In this document: piece after piece, positions 1-12,634 of the stretch | How positions within the stretch are numbered: position 1 is the stretch's first letter | Layout of the letters: every line of letters starts with the position of its first letter | NCBI GenBank assembly: GCA_009602735.1 | Contig: WELA01000963.1 | Span: forward strand, 38,754 to 102,261 | Direction: 5' to 3' | Source of the DNA: Mesotaenium endlicherianum | Taxonomy: Eukaryota | DNA length: 63,508 nt | Position numbers and translations under genes: made by a program | Notes under the pieces: model-generated | Told to the model about the DNA's origin: nothing | Seen by the model: only the letters and a program-made list of their open reading frames with translations | The model's database searches: none

Positions 1-65
1 GGGGGGGGGCGGGAGAGGAGAGGGGGAGGAAGGGGGTTGGTGGTGCAGGGGACCGGGGAGCAGAC

Positions 66-2237
66 CTTGCCGCTCTTGTCGATGTACTTGACAGGCTGCC
101 CCTCCAGCAGGCCCGTGTTGAGCAGCGCCTTGGCATTCTGCGGCACCTGGTCCAGGACCATCGCCGCCCCCTCGGACGCACCCGAGGTAGCACCGGCAGC
201 AGCAGCCTGCGCGCTCGGCGGGGTGGGTTCAGCAGCTGCCGCTGCTGCATGCAGTGCTTCCGCATGCCCTCTGGCCACCGCTAGCGCAGGCGCAGGTGCA
301 GGCGCAAGCGCAGGTGCAGGCGCAGTGACAGGAGCCTCCACAGGAGGAAGCGGGGGGGGCAGGGAGGGCGAAGGAGGAGAGGCCCGCTTCTGCCTGGGGA
401 TGGAGGCGCCGCTGCGGTCTCTCTTACCCCAGGAGGAGTAGGAGGGGGCGGGGGGGGAGGGCACGTAAAGGTCGGGCTCCGCAAGCAGGGCGGCGAACCC
501 GTAGGGGGGCGCGTCGAGGGGGCACTTGTGGCCCTTCTTGGGCGCTCCGCACTTGGTGCAGTGGTACGCTTTACCGATGCGCGACAGCGAGCGGTGGCTG
601 ACGGGGCCGTTGGGGCCGATGATCTGGCCCGCCACGGGGCCCCACCGGTAGCCAGCTGGCAGGCCCTTGCGGCGGAACGTCTCCAGGACCGCGACCTCCG
701 AGCTCTTCTCGTCCAGATCGTTGTCTGGACCGTCGTCGTTGTCCTCCCGCTCCTCCTGCCGCTGCTCCTGCTCCAGGTCCTGCTCAAGTGCTCGCACACT
801 GCCGGAAGAGAGCCCCCCCGGGTCCACGCCCTCGCCCTCATTCCCCTGCGTCGTCTGGAGCAGGAGGCCCAGGTAGCCCCCCCCCAGGCTGCCCTCGTCT
901 TCCTCCTCGTAGTCTTCGTAGTCCTCCTCCTCCTCCTCCTCCTCCTCCTCCTCATCCTCCACCTCCTGGGACGAGTGGCCGGGCCCCGGCGGTGGGGGCG
1001 GCACCGCGTGCAGCCTCTTGGCCGCCGGCTCGCCAAACTCGCCATAACCGTTGCTCGCGTGGGACCCCCAAGGGTGGAGGCTGTTGCCGTTGCTGCGGTG
1101 GCGGGGATGCAGCTGCTGCTGCTGCTGCTGCTGCTGGGGCACAATGCTGCTGGTGTGTTCAGGGTGCACTTGGGCTCCAGGGGCACTGACATCCCTCCCC
1201 CAGCCATCTTTGGGTTCCACTAGCTCCCACTCACCCCCCTGCCCAGGCTGCTGGTATCCCCCGTTGGCGTGTGGTCGCTGGTGATAGTAGGCAGGCTGCT
1301 GCGGCACGTCTTGAGGCGGAGGAGGGCTGGCGATGTCTGCAGGACTCTCCCATGCCCCGTGCGGAGGCACGGGCGGGTAAGCTCCATATCCTAGGGCACT
1401 GCCGGCAGCAGCAGCCGCCAGTGCAAAGCCGTTGGTGTCTATCTCCATACCAACCGCGGTCTCCTCCACCTCCTCCTCCTCCTGTTGCTGCTGCCGCTGC
1501 TGCTGCTGCTGCTGCTGCTGCTCGATTCCTCCAGTGAGGGCACCTGGCTCCCCAGGTGGCGCCACTTGTGCCACAGGAGGCTGCACTGGTGGCAGTGATA
1601 GTGTCTGAGGCTCACTGAAGAGCACAGGCAAAGCCGATCTCTTTGCCACTCTTGGGGAGCAGAGAGCAGGCCAAGGACTGCCTGCGTCTTTGCTGCCACT
1701 CTCTTCCTGAGCTCCAGAGGCAAAGCTAGGGGCTGCAGCTGTCACCGCTACAGGGGCTGCTGCGACAGTTGCTGGGGCTGAAATCGGGGCTGGAGGGGCA
1801 GATGAGGGATCTGCCTGAGGAGTCAGGGGAGGGAGGGGGACAGGAGTTCGTTGAGCTACAATAGGTTTCGGAGCCATGGCTGACAGCTGGGGAGAAGGAG
1901 AAGCAGAAGGAGGGCATGCCTGAGATGAAGGGAAGGGTAGTGGTGAGCGCCTGGCTGCCATGGTGGGCTGTGCAGGTCCCATTCCTGGGCTGGTTCCTGG
2001 CAGGGGCAATGGCGTGCGTCTGGCCATATGACCAGAGGAGCTTGGTGCTGTGAGAGGCTGCCCTGCTATAGGTGCGCCTGACGACGTGAAGGGCAAGGCA
2101 CTTGGCTGACCACCAACTGATTGTGTTGGTGGCTGAAGGGAAGGGAGTGGCGAGATGGAGGCAGGGAGCGCAGGGGCAGTGCCCTGCGATTTTTGGAGAT
2201 CAGAAATATCTGCTGTGTCAGTCGCAGTGACCTCCAT
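66..2237 (-). CDS. First coding exon (724 codons) of a large Pro/Gln/Glu-rich nuclear protein with a CxxCGxPKKGHxC zinc knuckle and the start of a Tify-domain-binding (TDBD/Jas-TPL-binding) domain; continues beyond the left edge
   Basis: Minus frame is open from ATG at 2237 to the window edge, so it is absent from the ORF track. It reads ...YHCTKCGAPKKGHKCP... (~519-566) and ...VPQNAKALLNTGLLEGQPVKYIDKSGK, then a GT donor at 65. The latter matches the TDBD opening motif (P.N.+.LL.TG.L+G.PVKY) of NINJA/IDM1-like plant proteins. Upstream acceptor near 2268 and donor near 3040 suggest a 5'UTR intron. Confidence 0.75.
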
Positions 2238-3778
2238 CTGGTACTCCACCTCCCCCTATGACGTCCTGCTAAAAAGAAGAGGCCAGAGAAAGTACCCATC
2301 AGTCCCACTAACCCACCCTTGCGCGCCTCCAGAAGAATTTGACTGAGCAACCAGGGCAGATCAGGATGACACAATCATTTTTTCCATCACTCCTTGACGG
2401 GGCCCCACAGCCTAGGTGCATGTGCTGCAGCAGGAGGCTTGGGTGAGAGCAGGTCAAGAAATAGCTTCCTCACAAATACAGACAGGTGTTCCCTCACGAG
2501 GTCTACCACTATGTGACGGGTGAATAACACAGATATAAGTAGCTCGTGCACATCAGAAAATGGATTCCAGAGCGGAAAGAATATGAAAGACTTGAAAAAT
2601 TAACACCTATACACTGGCACGAGCCAATGATAGTTAACATATTACAGGGACTGCTCTACTCTACTCCATCCCCCCGGAAATATCACATGAGTAAAGTCGA
2701 GTACAAGCTGACATGCTTCCTGAGATTGTATCAATCACCTGCCTGTATCCGCAGCGACCCTAACGCAACCGAACAACTTCTAGTAGTCATCCTTAATCTT
2801 AGTGGCTACATGCCTAACTAAAGCTCTCAAATCTAGGAAAAGGAGAGTTCCGTGCGGTTCCGAGGACGCGATAACACACCGCTTGCATCATGTCTCGTTG
2901 AATTCCAAATTTCAAAATTCGAACTCGTAACACTTTTCGCTTGTATTTACAACTTGAACGCCCGCGTCGATTGCTTCACGTGCAGTTTTGTCCTGAAACT
3001 ATAGAGTCTATTTGTTTCAAATAGAGGTTGGCTTCACTTACCGCAAGGACTTGGCGGACCTCAACACTAGACGCTTAACTCGAGCTGGCCATCACAGGCC
3101 ATGGCGGCAAACAAAACCCTTAAAGAAGCTTTCAAAGTAGTAAATAAAATGTCTTCTAGACTTCCAATCTCTTCCCGGCTGAATCTTCAATAATCGTAAG
3201 AGCAAAACGTAACAGGAACGACTGGTATAGCTATGGAGCAACACAACAGGTTACCGAAGTCTCAAAACTCACTGAGGCGGTTTTCGACAGTTGCAGTTTT
3301 ATGATGCGCTTTGATGATGCTTCCAAGTTTCAACTCTGCATATCACTCGTGTTGTACGACATCCTTGTACGCCCCGCATGCTTCCGCAGGTTTCCGTGCT
3401 GGACACAATGCCGCGAGCCTGGAACCACCCGCGGTCTCAACGATTTCGAACAATTTCGAAGAACAAACTAACATTCGAGCGACGTTGACGTTAAGAGAGC
3501 CGGCAATGAAGTCGCACAAGTTGACATTTAGACAGAGAAATTTGACGACCGTCAAAACACTCAACGTCGAATTGGTCAAGTGTGACGGTCGTCAGGTGAC
3601 TCGACGTCGAACTGGTCATTCTATGACCTGTGCGTTAACTCCATTCCACGAGCCCGAACTCCCACATGCACGCTTATTGCATGTGAGAAACTTTCGCACT
3701 ATGATTATTCTCAGTGATGACCTTTCTACAGTATTGTACTAAGTCGCTGTATATCACAACTGAGTTCCTGAAAATGTC

Positions 3779-6700
3779 ATGAATGCCACAACTACTCGCA
3801 AGGATTCCATGCTGTCACTAGAAGAATGGGCAAGTGGCCTTCTGACGGAGCTTTCGGTTGATGGAAATGACGAGGTAAAGGATTTTTCCTGGTAATGCGC
3901 ATATCTGTCATGTGTTTTACGGCTAGACAACACCTTACGTCTCCGCTACTTGTGAGGATACACTCTTATCCAAGCTGGAAGTCAGCGACGAGGATGCCGG
4001 TCATTGTGACTGTTCGCGCAAATCTTTTGCTCTCCTTGCCTATTTCAACAGCTTTTAAGCATGTACTTGTGCCTGCATTACTCATTTTAACGTGTTTATT
4101 GGACTCGTTTCCATTATGAATAACTAACCACGAGATGGTGACATGATCACTGATATAAAATTGCGCTTGTGCTGTCGTTTTTGAAATGTATGATTGCATG
4201 CCAACATGCACTGCTGCAGGGTACAGCCATGCCTCTTAAGCGTCATTTGAAAATTTCTCCTGTTCTCATGAATTTGCAACACTTTTGCAGTCCTTCACTG
4301 TCCTCGGAGGTTGGAGTCATGACAATATAGTTAATCGTTTCCACAGGATATCGCAAAACTGAAAGCTCTGAGATGGCTCTTGTCTCCTCCCGACCAACCA
4401 AACGAAAGACCAAGAGTCAGCACTTGGTTTCATGCAGAAGAAGCTCAGCAGCAGGTACACGAGGAGGTGCAGGATGTGGGAGAGACCAACTTTGAGTCCG
4501 AGCCCCGTGTTGGCGTACAGCCAGCAAGTCGAGACGTTTGTGAGCCAGACGTCAAGATTACAGGCCAGGTCTTTGAGGAACCTCTCGCCCCTCAACACAG
4601 GAGTTCCAGAGGCAGAGCCGGTGCGGACGATGGCACGAGCACAGAGGGTGGAGGATCTGTCAGGCTTCTCCCGTCAGCCCGAGGGCACAGAGCCACGCAG
4701 CTGGCCAGGTCCGCAACGTCGGTGCTGCTTCACCAGGTGTTGGACTCTCACTGGCTGAGAGTCCTCGGCTTGCTCCACCTTCACTGGCCCTGGGCTTGCC
4801 AGCTGGAGGCCCTTGCACTTCTTGTGGAGATAGAGCCTCGCAGGAAGGCCCCTGCACCAGAGCTGGCCGCCAGGCTTCAGGTACCAGATGACACCAGCAC
4901 CTCAAAGTTGGTGTGAAGAGGAGGACATTTTGTAAGGGAGGGGCTCGTCCTCGACCGCTCCAATACCTGAGTTGCAATGCACCAGTTGGCCCCTTCAGCA
5001 GTTCCATATGGTGTGCGCTGTGGTGTGTGTGGTGTCTCTTTGGAGAGTTCCTCCTCGCATGGCAGTGTTCTCCTTTGCCTGTAGGTCCGCAGGGCCTCAT
5101 AAGATCTGGAGCACTCATTTCTCTTTCCAGTACAGTGCATTCTTGTGCCTGGTGCCTGCTGAGTGAAGCATCAGATGGCTATCGATATAGTATATACTGA
5201 TGAGTCACTCGTGATGGTGCACCTCGTAGGATCATCTGGGTGGAACTGCCTCCGCTTCCCTTCGCTGCATGAATGATCAGATGCGGCACAGCTAAATCTC
5301 GTGTCATTGTGACAGGCAGCTCTGGGCCTCTATTTCCACTGGCTGAGGTTGAAGTCGCAGAAGAGGGAGACGTCTTCTGACTCGGCAAATCCCTCTGCAA
5401 ATGACAGATGGCAATCTATGAGGGGCCTTCAGCTGATGAAGCAGCTCATTGTGCACATCTCGTCACAATGGACACACCCTTTCTCTCTGGTGAGTCACGC
5501 TGCGTCCATCCCTTGGAGCTGCCATGATGGCGCCTAACATTTCACAAATTCGAGCTGATGATTGCTCTGGCGAGTGGACGCCTCCATGGCTTCAAGGAGA
5601 AAACACTTGAGACAGCCCCTAGTGACAGCTGGGGTTGCTTCTCCTCTCCAAACTGCGTAAGATATGTGAATGAGCTGTTTTGAATGCAATACTCTTGTAC
5701 TTCTTGTCCCTCGAGAAGGTACATAGATTACATAACATAATTCGATTGCAACACCCGTCTAAGTTTCTAACAGTAACCTGCGACTCGACTGAACTTGCAG
5801 CTGGTACATCATGTTCTCAACTTCTCATTCGAGATGAGCGCGCGGAAGGAGCACCCAAAGGATGCCCAGCCCCCAGTGCAGGCGGGTGGCCCTGCAGGTC
5901 AGTGGTCCCTTTGTTTCACTGCTCTGCGCTCCCTCCCGGCTTCTCTCGCAGGTTCTTCACGAGTGTCCCGGGAGCCCATGTGAGCTCAAGTGTTGCATCA
6001 CGCTCTAGCAGCGTCTACTTCACAGTCGGTATTTGGGGCCTTTTGTCGCATTACAAAGAAAGGATGTAGTGTATGGGCTCAATACCTCGTAAGTGCTGCA
6101 TGCTTGAGTCAACCAAGACGTGCAAGAAGCAGACAGATCTGACTCCAGTAGAGGCAGGATAGAAGCCACTTGCGGCTCTCTTTGAGACCGCAAGAACCCA
6201 TGTTACTATACGGCCTTCCTTCTCACTTGTGAAGTCGTGTGATGTGGCGCGCAAACCGGCTGGGATATCGTTCTTCCCGACTTGCAGCAGCACTATGCCC
6301 ACTGCACAACCATCCTGTGGCTCTCCTACTTGCAGCTGCGCCTTGCTCACGTGCAACCATGCCAAGTGTCCGCTCGCGTGCCTGCTCGTGCGCTTCTTGC
6401 TCCATGCTGGCCAGCAGAGGTGGCGCTCAAGAGCGTGCTGAATCTGCAACTCGACTCAGCCCAAATTCGAGCTTCTGTAGCGCCGCTGGCTCTGCTCCCC
6501 TCTCCTAGTACAGACTTGCCGTGCAATTGCGCCCTACGAGCTGCAGTAATCGGTTCCTCTGTGTGAGCCCGTTCTGTCCCCCTCGAGTGGCCCCATCGTC
6601 GGCCTCCGCAAGTGAGTTGAACCCTAGAGTGGCCTCTGGGTTCCTTGGCAGGTCGATCGCCACTTGGCACTCCGCTGCGCTCTCCCATGTCCGCCTCCCT

Positions 6701-9700
6701 CCTCTCTGTGGCCCCTCTTATCACCGGGAAGCTGAACAAGCACGGCCATTTCTTGCCCTACAACCCTGCGCACGACGTCGAGGAGGACGTCGAGGGAGAG
6801 GGAGGGGTCCGTGGCAACGACAACGACGAAATAGGCGAAGATGGGATCCATGGAGGGCGCCGGCGGGACGAAGGAGGACCCGCGAGCGGGCTGGGAGCAA
6901 GGCGCAAGAAGAGAGCACGAGGTCAGTCCCTGCGCGTGCATGGCTCCACCTGTGTGGCATGGCTCCACGCGTGTGTTGTACCGGGCCCAGTCCTCAGCTC
7001 GCCTTGCACTTGTCTCAGCTGCTGGTCTAGGAACCCCTCAGTAAGACTCAGCATACTAGGACAAAGTTGAGGGTCCCAAAAATTCCACCAGCCGTGCAGG
7101 GAAGGGCGGCTTCTCCTCTTCTGGGCTGGTCCCTAAGCTGTGCCTCGTGCTGCGTGTCGGCTGCAGCAGCGCAAGGAGGGCCGGAGGAAGGAGGAGGAGG
7201 AGAAGGGGGGGCCCTCAGGAAGCATGGGGGGGCGGCTCCTGTGCCCTCGTCTCAGGACACTCAGCCGCCAGGGCCCGCGCACGACAGCCAGCATTGCAGG
7301 GACAGCAGCAGCCGCCACAGAAGCCAGGCACCAGTGGCGTCTCAGCCCCACTCCGCCACTGAGGGCATCCTGCATGAACTGGCTGACACAGTCAGGCAGG
7401 CGCTTGAGAGGGGGCAGGACGAGGTCTCGACCAGAGGGCCAGCAGACTGCCGGGGGGCCTGGTCCAGGCCCCCGGTGGCCGTCATCACCGATGCCCTCAT
7501 TGAGCGGCTGGCGACCCCGCATGAAGCTGCTCTGCAGATGTGGCAGTACGAGGAGGTGCGTCCAAGTGGATGCGTGCGTGTGTGTGCACGCGTGTGTTCT
7601 AGTACGCGGGTGTGTGTGGGTGTGGGTGTGGGTGTTCGTGTGCGTGCGCGTGCGCGTGCCTTTGTGGGTTGAAGTCAAGCTGTGCACCACACGTGCGCGT
7701 GCGGCATGTCCTTCTCGCTCGCAGTCAACGCATGCTCCCTGCTGCGGCGCCCTAGGCCTCGCCTGTAGCTATGCGATACGCTTGCCAGGCTGGGCGTCAT
7801 GGCTTACACTCTCTCAGCGTAAGCAGGCAACTCCCTCTTGGCAGCAGCTGTAGTGGCACTCTCAGCGGGGCGCCTGCTGCACTAAGCGTGGCCGGCTCCC
7901 TGGCCCGTTAAGAGGCATTCCCGGTTGTATTCTGCAGCACGTGCCCTGGCCTCCCCTCCCAAGCTAGGCTTCGCTTACCCTCTCCTAGACGTTGGCTATC
8001 TTTGCTCCACTCTCAGGCTTGCTGTTGCTCGTTATTCTGCTCACCACGCAAGAACGCACTTACAAGCAGCTCAGGGCGCAGTTCCCCGCACAGAAGGAGA
8101 CCTGTCGCAGAACAACGACTCTTGACAGGTAGGTAGCACCTTTCTGCACTCTACGCCCCCTGCACCACTGCCTGCCGGACACACTATTCGGCACTTTCAC
8201 CTCTGCCTATCGGTGCCTGTTTCGAAGAGTCAGCTGCCAGATAACCAGCCTGCAAATGCATGACCGACCTGTCTGTTTGTTCTGGTTGGCCGGTCGCAAT
8301 GCCACAGGTGCTTCCGCGGAAGGTGGTGAATGCACGCCACTGCTTCCTGGCCGCCTGCTTCGACAGCAACCCCCTGCTACTCCATGTACACACATGCGCA
8401 CATGCTCAGATGATCGAGAGGCTGTAAAAGGCTACTCGTATGCTCGTCAGGATGGACCCCCTTCAAGCTCTGCTCTGCCCTGCCGTGCTCTTTTTTGAGC
8501 CTGTTTTGTGCGGGAGAGCATGCCCGTGAGTCAAGGAGGTGCAGAAACCCTTCTTGAAAAAGCTTGTGATTCGAGCGTGCCTTGCCCGCTCTGAACCCTT
8601 CTCCCTGGGTGCTGATGATTCCCGCATCTTCCAGGCAGTCCTTATTGCTGTCTGAGCTGAGGGATGTAGCTTGAAGGATTATGCGATACCATACAGGGTC
8701 ATGTCTCCCTGCTTGCTTCGTGGTGCCACTGCACACTGCATGAGAGGGTACGAGCGTCCCAGGCGTGGCAGCGTGGCAACTGTTACGGAGGTCGCATCCA
8801 CGAAGGTGTCCTGAGCAAGTGGGCAGCAGCACTAGCAGCAGTGTGGACGGATACCCAGCTTTGCCTTCCTGCAACAACCTACGTTGTATGCCCAGCTGGC
8901 AGCTCCACAGGACAGGTTGCACCTACGTTGCAGCTGGCGTGTGACCCTCGGAAGGTGGGGGAGGTTGCAGCTGGTGGAGATGGTGCTGGAGGAGGGCCCG
9001 TCTGAGGCGGCGCTGGGATGCGCGGAGCTGGTGCGGGTGCTTCTTGCTGATGCGATCGGGTGCTGGCACACCATTGTGCGCGCCAAGCAGCCTCTTCACC
9101 GGTCTCCTGCTCCTCAAGTAAGGCCGCACTGCGCACCGGGCAAGCGCGCGAGCTCTGGTCGTGGGAACGCATGCAGTGTGGTTGTATCGGAGCACTGTGA
9201 ATTGCCACTGCCTTCCAGCGCGGGTCGGATTCTTCCTCAAGAATCTGGGGGTGAATCCTAGTGGTGGCTAGATGCAGGACATGTGGCTTGTAAACGGTTT
9301 GCGAACCAATGCAGCCGTTACTCGTGTCTGCTGCTCCCTTGACCACAAGTCCGCGAGGGTCCTATGAAGCACGCCTCTGTGAGCCTGAGAGTCTTGCCGT
9401 GTATGTGTCCACACTCAGATATATTTCTTTCGAGCAGTGACAAAGCACATGCAGAATGCACCAGCAGTGAAAACACATTGCTTGGATCATGCCTGGGTCG
9501 TGCCCTTCTTTGTGTACGTTCGGTTCTAGTTGGCCGTTGTAGTGCCGTTTTAATGCACGTCTGTTCTGGGAGCTGACAGATGTTGCAAGCTGACAAAAGT
9601 TTGGGAGCTGACTGAGTGATTCATGATTGAACAGGTGTACACAGAGGATGCGGCTCGTCGTAGCCACGCGGCTCGGTTGGTTCGCATGATTTCATGGCCA

Positions 9701-10494
9701 GGCTGGCTGCCTTACCCTCTCGCTGCGTGTCCCGCCATCATTCCCCTCCTGGAGCGTGGCGATTTGCCAGACATTTTGTTCCTGGTGTGGCGGTGCATGC
9801 ACCACGCCATAACCGATGGCGGCCTCTGGGATGAAGTGCACGCCTCCCATGGTCATGAGGGAGACACTGTTGCGCAGAATAGCACCCAGAGCCCATCTTT
9901 GCAGCAACCTTCGAGGAGGCCTGGACAGGGACAGCACATAGGAGAAGAAGGTGGCGGGGTGCCGCGTGTGGAAGAGGTTTTTTGCAAGGTAAGGAGTGGA
10001 GGGTGTTGCTGCCCATGCTTGTGCGTGAGTTTTGGTCTCTGTGGGAGTTTCCTGCCTGTGGAGTTGTCTCTGCAGGAGAACTACATATCAACTCGCCTGT
10101 CTGAAAAGCATGAGAAGCTGTCAAAGGTGCTTTGGGTGTTGCCGAGCTTGATGTTTACAATAACCTCATAAGACTACCAAAATTTATGTTTTGACTCGGC
10201 CATTCAACTGCTATTGTTCCATCAAGGTCTCTTCATCATTTACAGCTGAAGGTACCCAATAGTTGGATTAATAGAGAGGCAACGGGTACTGATGTGACGT
10301 GTATGTACTCTTGTTGTCGACCCTTTCTGAATCTTCAGGCTGATGACTTGGAGAAGAGGTCAACCACTGCGTACAAGGAATGGGAAGGTCATCTATTCGC
10401 CATTTTGCGGCGAAATATAGCCCATATAGGACCATATACTGCCCACATATTTCTTCAGATAGGAGGCAACAGTGCAAAACCTTCTATGGTATAA
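3779..10494 (+). CDS. INTS5: Multi-exon protein with a C-terminal region resembling Integrator complex subunit 5
   Basis: Phase-consistent exons 3779-3874, 4347-4880, 5316-5489, 5801-5897; middle exons (~6290-6921, ~7167-7555) less certain; then ~8971-9117, ~9635-9988, ~10076-10126, ~10339-10494 (TAA). C-terminal motifs LVEMVLEEGPSEAALGCAELVRVLLADAIGCW, GWLPYPLAACPAIIPLLERGDLPDILFLVW and HLFAILRRNIAHIG resemble, in order, the metazoan INTS5 C-terminus as I recall it. Confidence 0.55.
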
Positions 10495-11369
10495 CCTCGT
10501 TCATTGCACTTTTTTGATGTTGTCCAATTTAGGAGTTGAGAAGGGGGTATAACAGAAGAGTAAGCATGAAGTGGCATTAATAATGCGCGCTTAGTACATA
10601 AAAGAAGCAGCAAGTGCTGGAGGAATTTTCAAGAATGTGCACATATGCCAAAAAACACCACCTTGTTTTCGACTCTTGATCCCCCGTCTTTTCTCGGTGC
10701 TGTTCAAAGGTAATCTGGAGAGTAACCTCGTGAGATTTTGTTTCAAAAACAGTGGGAGCTTTTGGTATATCTACCTTCTAAACTGCAGTGGTTGATTTTA
10801 GGCCCAAAAGAGACGAGAATGTTATGGGTGTACTACACATCTAATGTCACCCGTACTAAGAAAACCACCTCTTCCTCTTGCTCGTGGTTTTCTCCTAACA
10901 GCGTGATATTTTGATCATCCAAACATGGACCAATTTGCCTACATACAATCCATTTGAATGGTGTACTTTTCCGCATTCCAGTATGTGCTGCTTCGACATG
11001 ATGACAACTCACTAGTAATTACATTCTTGCACAACCATACAAGACGCCCACATGTACTCGAATGCTGTTTTTGACGTATAAACAAATGGAGAAGAATCTA
11101 CATTCCTTAGTAGAGATATGGTCATGTCTGTAGTCTACAATCAGCCTATCTCGACCGATGTTGATAGAAATGATACAACACATTACGGCAGCAAATTAAG
11201 TTGCCGCCAGAAACGTATCCTACACTCAGGTATGAGATTGCTGAAACAAACACCTCTCCACATAACCTGGGGAAGCTATGACCAGATAGTGAGTCGATAA
11301 AAGTACACGTAGGCATTTACAAAATACCCAGCTAAAAATAATGTGATAACAAACTAAGGATCAGGCAGT

Positions 11370-12634
11370 TTACTGCTGCCTCTTGGCGTCCTCCCCTGTG
11401 CTCTTCTTTGAGACAGTCTCCTTCTCATCTACAATGGGGCCATCCTTGGGCACAGGGTCAGAACCAGGTCCCTCCTCTTGGTTCTCGAAGTCCCTGGATG
11501 CATCGTCACTGAAGTGGCGACCAGGTGCATGGGCGTAGTCCTTGGGGTCACCCTTCTCCGCATCTGACTTCTTCTCCTGCCAGGATTTCGTGTACAAGCA
11601 GATTCACTAGATGTTTCTCCCGCATGCAGATTTTGTTTCTATTATCCATCAGACCAGTCTACTAGACGATGGCCTACATCCACTTCTGCTACCCAGTCTG
11701 ATATGACAACCCACAAATTCATCCAATGTCAGAACTAGGCAACGGGGAGAGCTACACCCAAACGAATGAAAAAGTTGCATGGTAATTAATCCTCCGGCCC
11801 ACAATTATGAACCCTCAAGCATCATTTGGAGTGTCCCTTGTTCCTTGTGAATACTCTTAAGGTCATCGCCATGTTCTAGCTAGGGCTTTCAAGGTCATCG
11901 CCATGTTCTAGCTAGGGCTTTCCCACCAAGCCTATTTGCACAATAAGCATACGTCTCCCGATTCTATCTATATGAACTAAACTGAGATACCCAAGCAGCT
12001 CGGTCTCTGATTACCTCAAAGCATGGGAAATGTGACTGGCACTTTGAATAGTCCAGAGTAAATCCCTTACGTGCAGTGCAATTTCAAATCGAGCAGGCAA
12101 CCTGCAGCGTCCTACTAGTAATGAGGGGTACTGGCAAGGAAATCAATGTCGGTATACTCACAGGAGCAGCAGCGCAAACTCTGATGTTTCTGCGAGGAGC
12201 TGCAAGTCTCACGCTGTGTGTAGATCTGCATGACATAAGGTGAAAGACTGAAGTTAGTAACTCGAACCAAGAGTATGAGCTTCAGGAAATGTGTCTGCAT
12301 ATCAATTTTTTTGTTCGTGCCTTGCTGAAACATTTTGCTCATCACAAAGTAGATGTCAACCAAGCAGTTACCATATTAGTACAAATGCATAACAGTTGAT
12401 TAAGCAGCAAGCACAACCCCTTTCCGTCCACAGAAGCAGCCGACAGATTGACGTAGAGCATCCGGAACCTACGGATAACTAGCCCACAAGGCATGAAAAA
12501 TGAGGACACAGTCCAAAAGCACGACAAATGATATTCGCATGTGATAATCACCTGCTTGAGATACTGGACGAAGGCACTGCTGCGAAGGGCGTAGCTACGG
12601 CTGCGATGCAGCTCATGAATGTTAAAGAAGCCAT
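11370..12634 (-). CDS. Small (117 aa) predicted plastid-targeted acidic/hydrophilic protein of unknown function
   Basis: Exons 12634-12552, 12225-12162, 11576-11370 with canonical GT-AG and consistent phases. The N-terminus is Ser/Ala/Arg-rich and ends ...RRNIRVCAAAP (transit-peptide-like); the mature part EKKSDAEKGDPKDY...AKRQQ is highly charged. Confidence 0.7.
11859..11922. repeat. Perfect 32-bp tandem duplication in an intron
   Basis: aaggtcatcgccatgttctagctagggctttc x2. Confidence 0.95.

Noticed and set aside
37..1917. Many overlapping ORFs listed at the left end (e.g. 281..1207-, 528..1223+)
   Set aside because: Antisense or off-frame shadows of the GC-rich minus-strand exon 2237-66.
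12071..12101. Exon-like block with AG/GT boundaries in the small plastid-protein gene
   Set aside because: It introduces an immediate in-frame stop in the required phase, and the model is complete without it.
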